64,000 nt of DNA from an uncultured Lentisphaerota bacterium (lineage in GTDB: Bacteria > Verrucomicrobiota > Kiritimatiellia > RFP12 > UBA1067), in contig ONRL01000038.1 of assembly GCA_900320225.1 (NCBI GenBank), forward strand, positions 5,698 through 69,697, given 5' to 3'. This document shows, piece after piece, positions 48,653 to 58,136 of the stretch. Both the position numbers and the translations under genes were made by a program. Position 1 is the first letter of the stretch. Each line of letters starts with the position of its first letter. The notes under the pieces are model-generated. The model saw only the letters and a program-made list of their open reading frames with translations, did not search any database and had not been told where the DNA came from.

Positions 48653-49717
48653 ATGGACACATTGATACTCACCGGATGGGGATGGAGCGAATATGCCGTG
48701 GCGGCCGCCGCTGCGCTACGGGCGCTGAATGGCCAGGCCGCGGTGCTCGGCATGAGCAAACGGCGTCTGCCGGAGTTCATGGAATCTGAGGGCGCAAACT
48801 GGAAACGCATATTCTTGATCGGGCTCTCGCTCTCCGGAAACGAGGATCGCCTTGCGGTGGCGCTGAAGGATCTGCGGCACCGCACGGAGGTCACGTGGAT
48901 CAGCGGACTTCCGATGTCTGAAAGCCAGGCGCGCGAGATCGCCCCGCTCCTGAAGGCGCACGTCTTCGGCGGCGGGCCGTTCAACGGCTCGCTCGTGAAG
49001 GCCGTCGGAACGGTGTTCAAGACCGACGTCTCGGACCTGTTGCCCTTCGCCTTTGAGGGGAACAAGATTCCCAAGACCGTGCCTCCCTACCACGAGCTCA
49101 TCGCGGCGGCCATGTACGCCTACCGCAACTACCAGGACAGGGACTCCTATTCGACCGCCATCCGCTACCTGGCCAGCGGCGTCGCCGAGGAGGCGTGGAG
49201 CGGCGAGATGCGGCATCTCGTTGCGCATTACCGCCGTTACGGCAACCGCGAGCTTGTCGGAAAGGGGCGGAAGATGAAGGAGCTGCGCGACGAGATCGCG
49301 CGCGTGGCCGTCCACCCGGAGGCGCGCGTGCTGATTCTCGGCGAGAGCGGCACGGGAAAGGAGACGGTTGCGCTGCAGATCCACACGAAGTCGCCGCGGC
49401 GCAACGAGCCGTTCTACGCCTTCAACTGCGCAAGCGTGACGCCCAACCTGCTTGAGAGCCGCTTCTTCGGACACGAGAAGGGCGCGTTCACGGGGGCGGA
49501 GAGGCGCGAAGACGGGCTCTTCCTGCTGGCCGACGGCGGCACGCTCTTCCTCGACGAGATCGGCGAGCTTCCCCTGGAGGCGCAGGGCGTTCTTCTGCGC
49601 GTGCTCGAGGGCGGGCGCTTCATGCGCGTGGGCGGCCGCGAGGAGATCAAGACCGACGTGCGGCTCGTCACCGCCACGAACAGGAACTTGCCATTGCTTG
49701 TCCGGCAGGGAAGGTAG
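48653..49717 (+). CDS. Sigma-54-interaction (AAA+ EBP) domain protein, truncated within the AAA+ domain (possible pseudogene)
   Basis: ..[11 protein letters not shown].. (Walker A), ..[10 protein letters not shown].. (GAFTGA loop) and ..[12 protein letters not shown].. (Walker B). It stops at ..LLVRQGR*. A shifted frame continues ..GKVDFRYRL.. (like GRFREDLYYRL) up to the convergent prfA stop. No HTH domain. The N-terminal ~200 aa are unrecognised. Confidence 0.7.
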   Translation: MDTLILTGWGWSEYAVAAAAALRALNGQAAVLGMSKRRLPEFMESEGANWKRIFLIGLSLSGNEDRLAVALKDLRHRTEVTWISGLPMSESQAREIAPLLKAHVFGGGPFNGSLVKAVGTVFKTDVSDLLPFAFEGNKIPKTVPPYHELIAAAMYAYRNYQDRDSYSTAIRYLASGVAEEAWSGEMRHLVAHYRRYGNRELVGKGRKMKELRDEIARVAVHPEARVLILGESGTGKETVALQIHTKSPRRNEPFYAFNCASVTPNLLESRFFGHEKGAFTGAERREDGLFLLADGGTLFLDEIGELPLEAQGVLLRVLEGGRFMRVGGREEIKTDVRLVTATNRNLPLLVRQGR

Positions 49718-49766
49718 ATTTCCGCTATCGGCTTACCATGGAGAAAAAGTGGCGTCTTTCTTGTCT

Positions 49767-50858
49767 TTAGGCCGTTGGGGCGGACTGGGAAAGCGCGGTG
49801 GTGATGCGTTGGTCGACGTCACGGGCGCGCAGGGCGTCCAGCACGGGGTCGAGCGCGCCCTCCATCACGCGGTCGAGCGAGTAGAGCGTGAGGTCCACGC
49901 GGTGGTCCGTGAGACGGTTCTGCGGGAAGTTGTAGGTGCGGATGCGCTCCGAGCGGTCGCCCGACCCGCGCAGGGAGAGGCGGTTCGCCCCCACCTTCGC
50001 CTCTTCCTCGCGGCGGCGCTGGTCGAGGATGCGGGCCTTGAGCGTGGCGAGGCACTTTTCCTTGTTGCGTTGCTGGCTGCGCTCGTCCTGGCACTGCGCC
50101 ACGAGGCCCGTGGGCAGGTGCGTCATGCGGATGGCGGAGTAGGTGGTGTTCACGCCCTGGCCGCCGTGTCCTCCCGCGCAGAAGATGTCGATGCGCAGGT
50201 CCTTCTCGGGGATGTCGATGTCGTCGTCCGCCTCGTCCGCCTCCGGGAACACGATCACCGTGGCGGCGCTCGTGTGGATGCGCCCCTGCGCCTCGGTCTC
50301 GGGCACGCGCTGCACGCGGTGTCCGCCGCTCTCGAAACGGAACGCGCCGTAGGCGCCGTCGCCCTCTACCGTGAAGAGGATTTCCTTGTAGCCGTCGAGG
50401 GAGGTCTCGTTCGCGCTCATCACGTTGACCTTCCAGCCGCGCGTCTCGCAGTAGCGGGAGTACATGCGGAAAAGGTCGCCCGCGAACAGCGCGGCCTCGT
50501 CGCCGCCCGTACCCGCGCGCACCTCGAACACGGCGTTGCGTCCCTCCAGCGGGTCCGGCGGCAGCAGACCCGCCAGCACGGCGCGCTCCGCGTCTGGCGC
50601 CTCGGCCTCGAGCCGTTCCAGCTCCTCCTTGGCCATCGGACCGAACTCGGGGTCCTCCAGAAGCGCTTTGTTCCCGTCGATGTCGTCCAGCAGCTTGAAG
50701 TAACGCGTCGCGGCGGCTTCCAGCTTGCGCAGCGCGGCGTGCTCCGACACAACGGCGCGGTAGCGCTTCGCGTCGGCAATGACGGCGGGGTCGCCCATGG
50801 CGGACTCCACTTCGCGGAGCCGTCCCAGTACGTTGGCTATCTTTGACTTCTCTATCAT
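49767..50858 (-). CDS. prfA: Peptide chain release factor 1
   Basis: Start at MIEKSKIANVLGRLREVE... ..RVPETEAQGRIHTS.. (PxT tripeptide region) and ..GGHGGQGVNTT.. (GGQ motif). Confidence 0.9.
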   Translation of the reverse strand: MIEKSKIANVLGRLREVESAMGDPAVIADAKRYRAVVSEHAALRKLEAAATRYFKLLDDIDGNKALLEDPEFGPMAKEELERLEAEAPDAERAVLAGLLPPDPLEGRNAVFEVRAGTGGDEAALFAGDLFRMYSRYCETRGWKVNVMSANETSLDGYKEILFTVEGDGAYGAFRFESGGHRVQRVPETEAQGRIHTSAATVIVFPEADEADDDIDIPEKDLRIDIFCAGGHGGQGVNTTYSAIRMTHLPTGLVAQCQDERSQQRNKEKCLATLKARILDQRRREEEAKVGANRLSLRGSGDRSERIRTYNFPQNRLTDHRVDLTLYSLDRVMEGALDPVLDALRARDVDQRITTALSQSAPTA

Positions 50859-50901
50859 GCGGTTGGGCGATAGTATACCATAATTTTCCGTCGGCAACCA
50901 C

Positions 50902-50930
50902 TTGACGGCGCGGCAAGGAGGTGGTACACT
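50902..50930 (+). promoter_or_regulatory. Putative promoter of the tRNA-Ser/tRNA-Gly pair (TTGACG-N17-TACACT)
   Basis: TTGACG 50902..50907 and TGGTACACT with TACACT at 50925..50930. The tRNA starts at 50947. Confidence 0.55.
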
Positions 50931-50946
50931 ATCACCCTGCTTTCAC

Positions 50947-51036
50947 GGAGAGGTGGCAGAGCCTGGTTGAATGCACATGACTCGAAATCATGCATACCGC
51001 AAGGTATCGGGGGTTCGAATCCCTCCCTCTCCGCCA
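50947..51036 (+). tRNA. tRNA-Ser (anticodon CGA)
   Basis: Acceptor GGAGAGG/CCTCTCC, anticodon arm CATGA-CTCGAAA-TCATG, long variable arm (ATACC-GCAA-GGTAT), T loop TTCGAAT, encoded CCA. Confidence 0.9.
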
Positions 51037-51038
51037 AG

Positions 51039-51112
51039 GCGGGCGTAATTCAATGGCAGAATAGGAGCTTCCCAAGCTTCTTACGTGGGTTCGATTCCCA
51101 TCGCCCGCTCCA
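51039..51112 (+). tRNA. tRNA-Gly (anticodon CCC)
   Basis: Acceptor GCGGGCG/CGCCCGC, D arm ATTC..GAAT, anticodon arm GGAGC-TTCCCAA-GCTTC, T arm GTGGG-TTCGATT-CCCAT, encoded CCA. A T-run follows. Confidence 0.9.
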
Positions 51113-51133
51113 TTTTTTTGTCCGGAGAGAGTC

Positions 51134-51790
51134 ATGGCCGTCCAGATCCTTCCATCACTGCTCGCCGCCGACTACGGCGCGCTGGCCGCGGACATCGCGC
51201 GTGCCTACCAGTCGGGTGCCGACGCGCTCCATCTGGACATCATGGACGCGCACTTCGTGCCCAACCTCTCGTTCGGGCCGGACGTCGTCTCGCTCTGCCG
51301 CCGCGTGGAACCCGCGTTCTACCGGCACGTGCACCTGATGATGACGCGCCCCGACCTCTATCTTGAAGTCTTCGCAAAGGCCGGCGCGCAGACGATCCAG
51401 ATCCACGTGGAGGCGGACTGCGACCTCCATGTCGAACTTCCGCGCATCCGCGCGCTCGGCGCGCGCCCGGCCATCGTGCTGAACCCCGAGACGCCCGTGG
51501 AGGCCGTCTACCCCTACCTCGCCCTCTGCGACGAGGTGCTCGTGATGACCGTCCACCCCGGCTACGGCGGGCAGTCCTTCATCGCGGACTGCCTCCCGAA
51601 GGTCGCCGCGCTCCGTGCGCGCGCGCCGCACCTCGACATCATGGTGGACGGCGGGGTGAACGCCCAGACCGCGCTCGACGCGGTACGCGCCGGCGCGAAC
51701 CAGCTGGTGGCCGGCAGCTTCCTCTTCAAGCAGGCGGACATGGCTGCCGCCGTTTCCGCCCTCCGTGCCGCCTGCGACGCCGCATGCTGA
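51134..51790 (+). CDS. rpe: Ribulose-phosphate 3-epimerase
   Basis: ..ILPSLLAADYGAL.., ..LHLDIMDAHFVPNLSFG.., ..MTVHPGYGGQSF.. and ..VDGGVN.. are Rpe signatures. Confidence 0.9.
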   Translation: MAVQILPSLLAADYGALAADIARAYQSGADALHLDIMDAHFVPNLSFGPDVVSLCRRVEPAFYRHVHLMMTRPDLYLEVFAKAGAQTIQIHVEADCDLHVELPRIRALGARPAIVLNPETPVEAVYPYLALCDEVLVMTVHPGYGGQSFIADCLPKVAALRARAPHLDIMVDGGVNAQTALDAVRAGANQLVAGSFLFKQADMAAAVSALRAACDAAC

Positions 51791-54468
51791 CCCTGCACCT
51801 GGACATCATTTCCGAAGAAGCGGCAAGAGTGCCGCTTCCCCGAACGGCCGCGTTCCGCGGGGAGCGGCCTGCGGGGTTGGAAGGAACCCCCGAGCCGCTT
51901 GTGGGGGATGAACTGCTGGAGGCGGTGCGCGAGGTGGTGTGGTTCAAAGATGAGGTTCTGCTGGAAGGGGATCGTGCCGTTCCCTCCATGCAGAACCTCC
52001 TGATGTTCCTCTCCGACGTGCGGACGCGCCGCTTCAAGGCGGGCGTGTTCCTCGGAGACGACGTGCGGACGGCGGCCGAGACTTTTCGCGCCGCCGCGCG
52101 CACCGTCGCCGATGGTGCGTACTTGCCGCATCTCGTGGAGGAGGGCGACGGCTTCGCCGCGAGGTGGTTGCCGCTTGACGCGTCGCACGGCGCGTTCTTT
52201 GTGCGGCTCGTGGACGGTCTCGCGCGCTTCGGCGGGCGCACGCCGCTCGAGACGGGCGCGGTGCGTCCCGATACGGTGCACGATGCCTGGTTGCACGCGC
52301 TCCGCAGCGACAACGGACGCGTGGCATGGCCGGATGAAGGCGAGATCCGCATGCTCATGCACGACCTCGCCGTGTGGCGCGCGCCGCTGCGCATCTCCGC
52401 CGCCGACCGCGCCGCGCTGCGCTTCTCCCTCGAGCCGCCTGCGGCCGAAGATGGTACGTGGCGGCTACGCCTCGCGTCCGCGCCCCGCACGCGCGCGGGA
52501 CTCGTCTCGCTTGGCCAGGCCGCCTCCCTCTTCCCGCCGCTTGCCGCGCTCCACGGCACCGAGGCCGAACTCGACCGCGCGGCGGCGGAGTCGTTCCTCC
52601 GTACGGGCGCGCAGGCGCTTTCCGCCGCCGGCTACGCGGTGGACCAGCCGCCCGGCTTGCTCGGCGAACACATCGCCGCCGAGGCCGACCTCACGCCCGT
52701 TTCCGATGCGCCGTCCGCGCCCGTCACGACGAAGCTCACGATCCGCGTGGACGGACAGGTCGTCAGCGAGCAGGAGATCAAGTTCCTCCTCGACCAGAAT
52801 TCCCCGTTCGTCTATTTCCGCGACCACTGGATCGAGGTCGACCGCGCCGTGTTGCGCGAGGCTTTGCGCGCGCTGCGCGACGTGAAGGGGAAGAAGGTGC
52901 CCGTCCACGACGCGATCGCGCTCGCCTTCGGTCTCCGCCGCGCCGGGGGACTCCGCGTGGACCACGTGCGCGCGCACGGCTGGCTGCGCGGTCTCCTCAA
53001 CGAACTGCGCGGCGAGGAACGTTTCCGCGTGCTGGAGGCGCCCGCCGACTTCAACGGCACCTTGCGCGACTACCAGTTGCGCGGCACGAGCTGGCTTGCC
53101 TTCCTCGCGAAGTGGGGGTTCGGGGCGTGCCTGGCGGACGACATGGGCCTCGGCAAGACGGCACAGGCGATCGCCTTCATCCTCCACCGCCGAGCCCCGC
53201 GTCCCGCGCTCGTCGTGGCGCCGGTCTCGGTGACGACGAACTGGACGCGCGAGCTCGCCCGCTTCGCGCCGTCGCTGAAAGTCTACCTCCACCAGGGACC
53301 GGAGCGTTTCATGGGCAGCGCCTTCAACAAGACCTGCCGCGAGGTGGATGTGGTCGTGACGGGCTACGCCCTCTTCGCGAAGGACTTCACGCTCTTCGCC
53401 GAGAATGTGTTTTCGGCACTCGTGCTCGACGAGGCGCAGACGGTCAAAAACCCCGACACGCGCATCTCCCGCGCCGTCCGCGCGCTCAACGTGCCGGTGC
53501 GCGTGGCACTGACCGGCACGCCGCTCGAAAACAGCGCGGACGACCTCTGGGCGCTGGAATCCTTCCTCAACCCAGGGCTGCTCGGCGAGCGACGCGCGTT
53601 CGCCGACGCCTTCACGCGCGCGCTCCGCACGGACGCCCACGCCGGCGCGGCGTCGCGTCTCCGGCACATCCTCGAGCCGTTCATGCTCCGCCGCCTCAAG
53701 ACCGACCCCGGCATTGCCGCCGAACTCGGCGACCGGCGCGAAATCCGCGAGTGGTGCACGCTTGACCCACGCCAGCGCGCGCTCTACGAATCGGCGCTCG
53801 CCACGTTCCGCGCAGAAATGGCCGAGGTGGCGGACTCCCGCGTCCGCAACACCCGCCAAGGCCGCGTGCTCGCGTTGCTCACCAAGTTGAAGGAAATCTG
53901 CGATTCCGCCGCGCTCGTGGAGGGCGGCGGCGACGCGGACGGCGGGAAGGTGCGTCGCCTCGACGAGCTGCTCGATTCGATCTTTGACGCGGGCGAAAGC
54001 TGTCTCGTGTTCACGCAGTACGCGCGGATGGGACGTCTCCTGCGCGCGCATCTGCAGGAGCGGTTCGGCCGCCGGTTCCCGTTCCTGCACGGAGGCCTCA
54101 CGCCCGGACAGCGCGAGGAGGAGATCGCCGCGTTCAACGGCGATCCCGAGCCGAACGCGTTCATCCTCTCGCTGAAGGCGGGCGGGTTCGGCCTCAACCT
54201 CACGCGCGCGACGCACGTGATCCACTTCGACCGCTGGTGGAACCCCGCCGTGGAGAACCAGGCCACGGACCGCGCGCACCGCATCGGACAGCTGCGCGAC
54301 GTGTTCGTGCACCTGTTCATCTGCGCGGGCACGCTGGAGGAGCGCGTGGACGAGCTGCTGGAGTCGAAGCGGCACCTGGCGGGCGAGATCGTGGGCAGCG
54401 GCGAGTCGTTCCTGCTGAAGATGTCGGAACAGGAGTTTGAAAGGATGGTGTCGCTCGATGGGGAGTAG
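51784..54468 (+). CDS. SNF2-family helicase (DEAD/H-like ATPase + helicase C)
   Basis: ..LRDYQLRGTSWL..CLADDMGLGKTAQAIAF.. (motif I), ..VLDEAQTVKN.. (motif II), ..LTGTPLENS.. and ..LKAGGFGLNLTRATHVIHFDRWWNPAVENQATDRAHRIGQ.. (motifs V-VI). Confidence 0.9.
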   Translation: MLTLHLDIISEEAARVPLPRTAAFRGERPAGLEGTPEPLVGDELLEAVREVVWFKDEVLLEGDRAVPSMQNLLMFLSDVRTRRFKAGVFLGDDVRTAAETFRAAARTVADGAYLPHLVEEGDGFAARWLPLDASHGAFFVRLVDGLARFGGRTPLETGAVRPDTVHDAWLHALRSDNGRVAWPDEGEIRMLMHDLAVWRAPLRISAADRAALRFSLEPPAAEDGTWRLRLASAPRTRAGLVSLGQAASLFPPLAALHGTEAELDRAAAESFLRTGAQALSAAGYAVDQPPGLLGEHIAAEADLTPVSDAPSAPVTTKLTIRVDGQVVSEQEIKFLLDQNSPFVYFRDHWIEVDRAVLREALRALRDVKGKKVPVHDAIALAFGLRRAGGLRVDHVRAHGWLRGLLNELRGEERFRVLEAPADFNGTLRDYQLRGTSWLAFLAKWGFGACLADDMGLGKTAQAIAFILHRRAPRPALVVAPVSVTTNWTRELARFAPSLKVYLHQGPERFMGSAFNKTCREVDVVVTGYALFAKDFTLFAENVFSALVLDEAQTVKNPDTRISRAVRALNVPVRVALTGTPLENSADDLWALESFLNPGLLGERRAFADAFTRALRTDAHAGAASRLRHILEPFMLRRLKTDPGIAAELGDRREIREWCTLDPRQRALYESALATFRAEMAEVADSRVRNTRQGRVLALLTKLKEICDSAALVEGGGDADGGKVRRLDELLDSIFDAGESCLVFTQYARMGRLLRAHLQERFGRRFPFLHGGLTPGQREEEIAAFNGDPEPNAFILSLKAGGFGLNLTRATHVIHFDRWWNPAVENQATDRAHRIGQLRDVFVHLFICAGTLEERVDELLESKRHLAGEIVGSGESFLLKMSEQEFERMVSLDGE
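51816..51837. repeat. H1 hairpin repeat
   Basis: GAAGCGGCA-AGAG-TGCCGCTTC followed by CCCGAAC, at codons ~11-18 of the SNF2 ORF (..EEAARVPLPR..). Confidence 0.9.
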
Positions 54469-55267
54469 GCATTATCCAGTGCGCGTGACGCGGAACGCGT
54501 TCGGCATCCGCGCGCAGGACCTGCGCACGCTTGCGCGCGGTACGTGGTGGGCGCGCCGGTGGATCGCCGCGCTGGAGGCGATGCGCCTCGGCGCGCGCTT
54601 CGGGCGCGGGCGGCAGTATGCGGTGAGCGGACAGGTGACGGACCTCGTGGCGGAGGGGGCGCACGTGTCGGCGTCGGTCGTCGGGTCGCGTCCCGACCCC
54701 TACCGCGTGACGCTCGACTTCACGGCGGCGGAGGGGCCGGCGCGGGAGCGGATCGCGGAGGCGATCCGCGCGCAGCCGATGACTCTCGGACGCCTTCTCG
54801 CGGGCGACCTGCCGATCGAGGTGGGCGAACTGTTCCGCGCGGAGGGGATCCCGCTCTTCCCGCAGGCCGAGCCGCGCGGGAAGACGCCGGAGGGCAAGAT
54901 GGTCTGGGACGTCGTGATGCGGTGCAGCTGCCCGGACTGGTCGCGTCCCTGCAAGCACATGGCGGCCGTGCTGCTGCTCCTCGGCGAGGAGGTGGCGCGC
55001 CGTCCGGCGACGCTGCTCGCGCTGCGCGGCGTGGACGTGGAGGCGTTCGTGCCGCCCGACGAACCGGACGCGCCGGAAACGTACGCCGTGCCTGAAACGG
55101 ACTCCGCCCACGTGTCCGGCGGCGCGATGCTCATGCGGCGGCTGGGCGCGGTGCCGTACTGGCGCGGCACGGCGCGGTGCGTCGAAACGCTGGAGAAGAT
55201 GCAGATCCGCGCAGGGACCGTTGCCCGCGAAGGCGCTTCCGGCAATTCCATCGACCTGCGCGTGTGA
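54458..55267 (+). CDS. SWIM zinc-finger protein
   Basis: ..VVMRCSCPDWSRPCKHMAAVLLLL.. is a CxC..CxH SWIM motif. Its start overlaps the end of the SNF2 gene. Confidence 0.8.
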   Translation: MGSRHYPVRVTRNAFGIRAQDLRTLARGTWWARRWIAALEAMRLGARFGRGRQYAVSGQVTDLVAEGAHVSASVVGSRPDPYRVTLDFTAAEGPARERIAEAIRAQPMTLGRLLAGDLPIEVGELFRAEGIPLFPQAEPRGKTPEGKMVWDVVMRCSCPDWSRPCKHMAAVLLLLGEEVARRPATLLALRGVDVEAFVPPDEPDAPETYAVPETDSAHVSGGAMLMRRLGAVPYWRGTARCVETLEKMQIRAGTVAREGASGNSIDLRV

Positions 55268-55313
55268 GGACCGAAATGTGGTATAATAACGTGACACAGA
55301 CAGGGAGGCAGAA

Positions 55314-56396
55314 ATGAATTTCGAGAAAACGATGCGACTTTTCCTCTGCGGGGCGATGGCGCTGGCCGTGGCAAGCGGCGGCGCGGCGGAGCGTCCGCTG
55401 CGCGGACCTTTTCCGTTGCTCGTCACGCCGTGGACGGCCGACGCCCAACTGGACGTGCCCACGCTCGTGAAGGAGGCGGCGTTCGTGAACCGGTGCGGAG
55501 CGGGCGGCGTGATCTGGCCGAGTGCCGCCGAGGTGCTGGGCAACCTTTCGATGGACGAATACCGCCGCGGACTCGACGCGCTCGCGGCGCGGGCCGCGCG
55601 TCCCGACTTCAAGGCGCGCCTCACGGCGGTCTGCCCCGGGCGGTCGTCGGCGGAGGCCCTCACGCGCGCGCGCCTCGTGAATGAACTGCAGAAGAAACAC
55701 AACGTCGAGATGGCGCTGCTGGCGCGTCCGCCGGACAACGCGACGAACGAGGCCGCGATCGTCGCGCACTACCGCGCGCTCGGCGAGGTGGCGGAGTGCC
55801 CCGTGATCATCCAGACGTACAACGGCAAGAGTCCGCAGCAGTCCGTCGCCTCGATCGTCGCCCTCGCGAAGGAGTTCCCGCAGGTGTACGGCTGGGTGAA
55901 GGAGGAGTCGCCGGGCGGGCTCGTGAACGGGCGCATGGCGGAGCTCGTGGCGGCGAAGCCCGCCATCAAGACGGTCTTCAGCGGCTGGGGCGCGAAGGGC
56001 TGGCTCTACCAGGGACGGCGCATCGGCACGGAGGGCGTGGTGACGCAGCGCGCGCCCTACGCGGACCTGCTCGTCTACATCTGGAAGCGCATCGAGAACG
56101 GCGACGCGGACCATACGCTCATGGACGCCTACTCGAAACTGCTCCTCATGTACAACCTCGGCGATACGTTCGGCAGTAACAGCGACAGCATGCGTGGTCC
56201 GCACCTCTACGTGCTGCAGAAGCGCGGCATCTTCACCAACCGCCTCACGCGCGTGCACGCGCCGAAGGGCGCCAAGGGCAAGAAATGGGAGATGAAGGAT
56301 GTACCGCTCTCGGATCTCGAGAAGGCCGAAATCGACGCCCGCCTCGAGGCGCTGAAACCCTATTTGCTCAAGGGCGAGATCTGCCCGCGCGATTGA
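55314..56396 (+). CDS. Dihydrodipicolinate synthase/N-acetylneuraminate lyase family (class I aldolase) protein with N-terminal signal-like segment
   Basis: ..FPLLVTPWTADAQLDVPTLVKEAAFVNRCGAGGVIWPSAAEVLGNLSMDEY.. and ..YGWVKEESPG.. (putative Schiff-base Lys) resemble DapA-family blocks. Confidence 0.65.
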   Translation: MNFEKTMRLFLCGAMALAVASGGAAERPLRGPFPLLVTPWTADAQLDVPTLVKEAAFVNRCGAGGVIWPSAAEVLGNLSMDEYRRGLDALAARAARPDFKARLTAVCPGRSSAEALTRARLVNELQKKHNVEMALLARPPDNATNEAAIVAHYRALGEVAECPVIIQTYNGKSPQQSVASIVALAKEFPQVYGWVKEESPGGLVNGRMAELVAAKPAIKTVFSGWGAKGWLYQGRRIGTEGVVTQRAPYADLLVYIWKRIENGDADHTLMDAYSKLLLMYNLGDTFGSNSDSMRGPHLYVLQKRGIFTNRLTRVHAPKGAKGKKWEMKDVPLSDLEKAEIDARLEALKPYLLKGEICPRD

Positions 56397-56409
56397 AAAC
56401 GGAGATGAA

Positions 56410-57192
56410 ATGGCACTTAATGAACAGTCTGTTGTAGCCGTGCACGAGGACGCGGGGCCGGGGTACCGGTTCCTCGTTCTGGAAGCCCCCCAGCTCGCCG
56501 CGGTGCTCGTGCCGGGCCAGTTCGTGCACGTGCGCGTGCCGGGGCTGGAGACGACGGCCCTGCGCCGTCCCTTCAGCGTGTTCGACGCGGACGCAGGCCG
56601 CGTGACGCTGCTCTACAAGGTCGTGGGACGCGGCACGGCGGCGCTTGCGCATGTGCGGCCGGGCGACGCGGTGGAGGTGATGGGCCCGCTCGGACGCGGT
56701 TTCCCGACTGCTCCAAAGGGCGTACCGCTCCTCGTGGGCGGCGGCTACGGCGTGGCGCCGCTCCACTTCCTCGCAAAGCGGTTGAAGGACCCGCGCGCGG
56801 TGCTGTTCGTGGGCGGGCGCACGAAGGACGACCTGCTCGCGCTCGATCGCTTCGCCGCGCTCGGCGTGGAGGTGCGCGTCGCGACGAACGACGGCAGCGC
56901 GGGCGCGAAGGGCTTCGTGACGGGTCCGCTCGACGAGGCGCTGGACGGCCTGCGCGCCCGTGGCGAGGCGTATGAGCTGTTCACGTGCGGGCCGGACGGT
57001 TTGCTGAAGGCCGTGGCCGACCGCGCGCTCGCGGCGGGGATGCCGGGCTGGATCTCGATGGACCGCCACATGGTCTGTGGCGTCGGCGCGTGCTTCGCGT
57101 GCATCCAGAAAGTGCGCCGGGCGGGCAAGATCTTCAACGCGCGCTGCTGCATGGACGGACCGGTATTCAAGGCGGAGGAGCTGGTATGGTGA
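56410..57192 (+). CDS. pyrK: Dihydroorotate dehydrogenase electron-transfer subunit
   Basis: ..RRPFSVF.. (FAD-binding RxxS), ..LVGGGYGVAPL.. and a C-terminal ..CGVGACFACI..CCMDGP.. 2Fe-2S cysteine cluster. Confidence 0.9.
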   Translation: MALNEQSVVAVHEDAGPGYRFLVLEAPQLAAVLVPGQFVHVRVPGLETTALRRPFSVFDADAGRVTLLYKVVGRGTAALAHVRPGDAVEVMGPLGRGFPTAPKGVPLLVGGGYGVAPLHFLAKRLKDPRAVLFVGGRTKDDLLALDRFAALGVEVRVATNDGSAGAKGFVTGPLDEALDGLRARGEAYELFTCGPDGLLKAVADRALAAGMPGWISMDRHMVCGVGACFACIQKVRRAGKIFNARCCMDGPVFKAEELVW

Positions 57193-58112
57193 ACATGGCG
57201 GTGGACCTGGGCGGGCTGAAGATGCGCACGCCCGTGACGACGGCAAGCGGCACGTTCGGCTACGGCGCCGAGTACGTGGGCATGGTCGACTATTCCAAGC
57301 TCGGCGCGGTGACGGTAAAGGGCGTCCGCATGGATCCCTGGCCCGGCAACGAGATGCCGCGCCACGCGGAGGTGCCGGGCGGGCTCGTGAACGCGATCGG
57401 GCTGCAGGGACCGGGCGTGGATGTGTTCGCGGCCCACTACGTGCGGCATTACACGCGGCAGGTCGGAGAGAACGCCCCGCCGCTCATCGTCAACATCTGG
57501 GGCGGGTCGGTGGAGGAGTACGCCGCCGTGGCGCGCCGGATCACGGAGGCCGTGAATTCCGTCATCGGCGCTTTGGAGATGAACGTGAGCTGTCCGAACG
57601 TCAAGGCGGGCGGGCACACGTTCGGACAGGACCCGAAGGTGCTGTACGAGGTCGTGTCGGCCGTGCGCGCGGCCACGACGCTGCCGCTGCTCGTCAAGCT
57701 CGCGCCGAACGTGCCGTCGATCGCGCCCTACGTGAAGGCGTGCGAGGACGCGGGGGCGGACGCCCTCTCGCTCATCAACACGATTCCCGCGATGGTGATC
57801 GACATCGAGACGCGGCGTCCGGTGCTCGCGAACCGCACGGGCGGCCTTTCCGGCCGGTGCGTGCATCCGGCGGCGGTGAAGCTCGTCTACGACGCGCACA
57901 ACGTCACGAAGCTGCCGATCCTCGCGATGGGCGGCATCTACGAGGCGAAGGACGCGATCGAGTTCTTCCTCGCGGGGGCGACGGCGGTGGCCGTGGGTAC
58001 CGCGACCTTCACCGATCCGGGCGTCATTGCGTCCGTCCACGACGGCCTGGTCGCCTACTGTGAACGCCACGGATTCACCTCCGTCGCGGAGTTGACCGGC
58101 GCCTTGGCGTGA
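57186..58112 (+). CDS. pyrD: Dihydroorotate dehydrogenase (class 1B) catalytic subunit
   Basis: ..TASGTFGYG.., ..VNAIGLQGPG.., ..EMNVSCPNVK.., ..LSLINT.. and ..GGLSG.. are PyrD class 1 motifs. Overlaps the end of pyrK. Confidence 0.9.
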   Translation: MVNMAVDLGGLKMRTPVTTASGTFGYGAEYVGMVDYSKLGAVTVKGVRMDPWPGNEMPRHAEVPGGLVNAIGLQGPGVDVFAAHYVRHYTRQVGENAPPLIVNIWGGSVEEYAAVARRITEAVNSVIGALEMNVSCPNVKAGGHTFGQDPKVLYEVVSAVRAATTLPLLVKLAPNVPSIAPYVKACEDAGADALSLINTIPAMVIDIETRRPVLANRTGGLSGRCVHPAAVKLVYDAHNVTKLPILAMGGIYEAKDAIEFFLAGATAVAVGTATFTDPGVIASVHDGLVAYCERHGFTSVAELTGALA

Positions 58113-58136
58113 TCTGCTTCACGACCTCGGAGGTGG

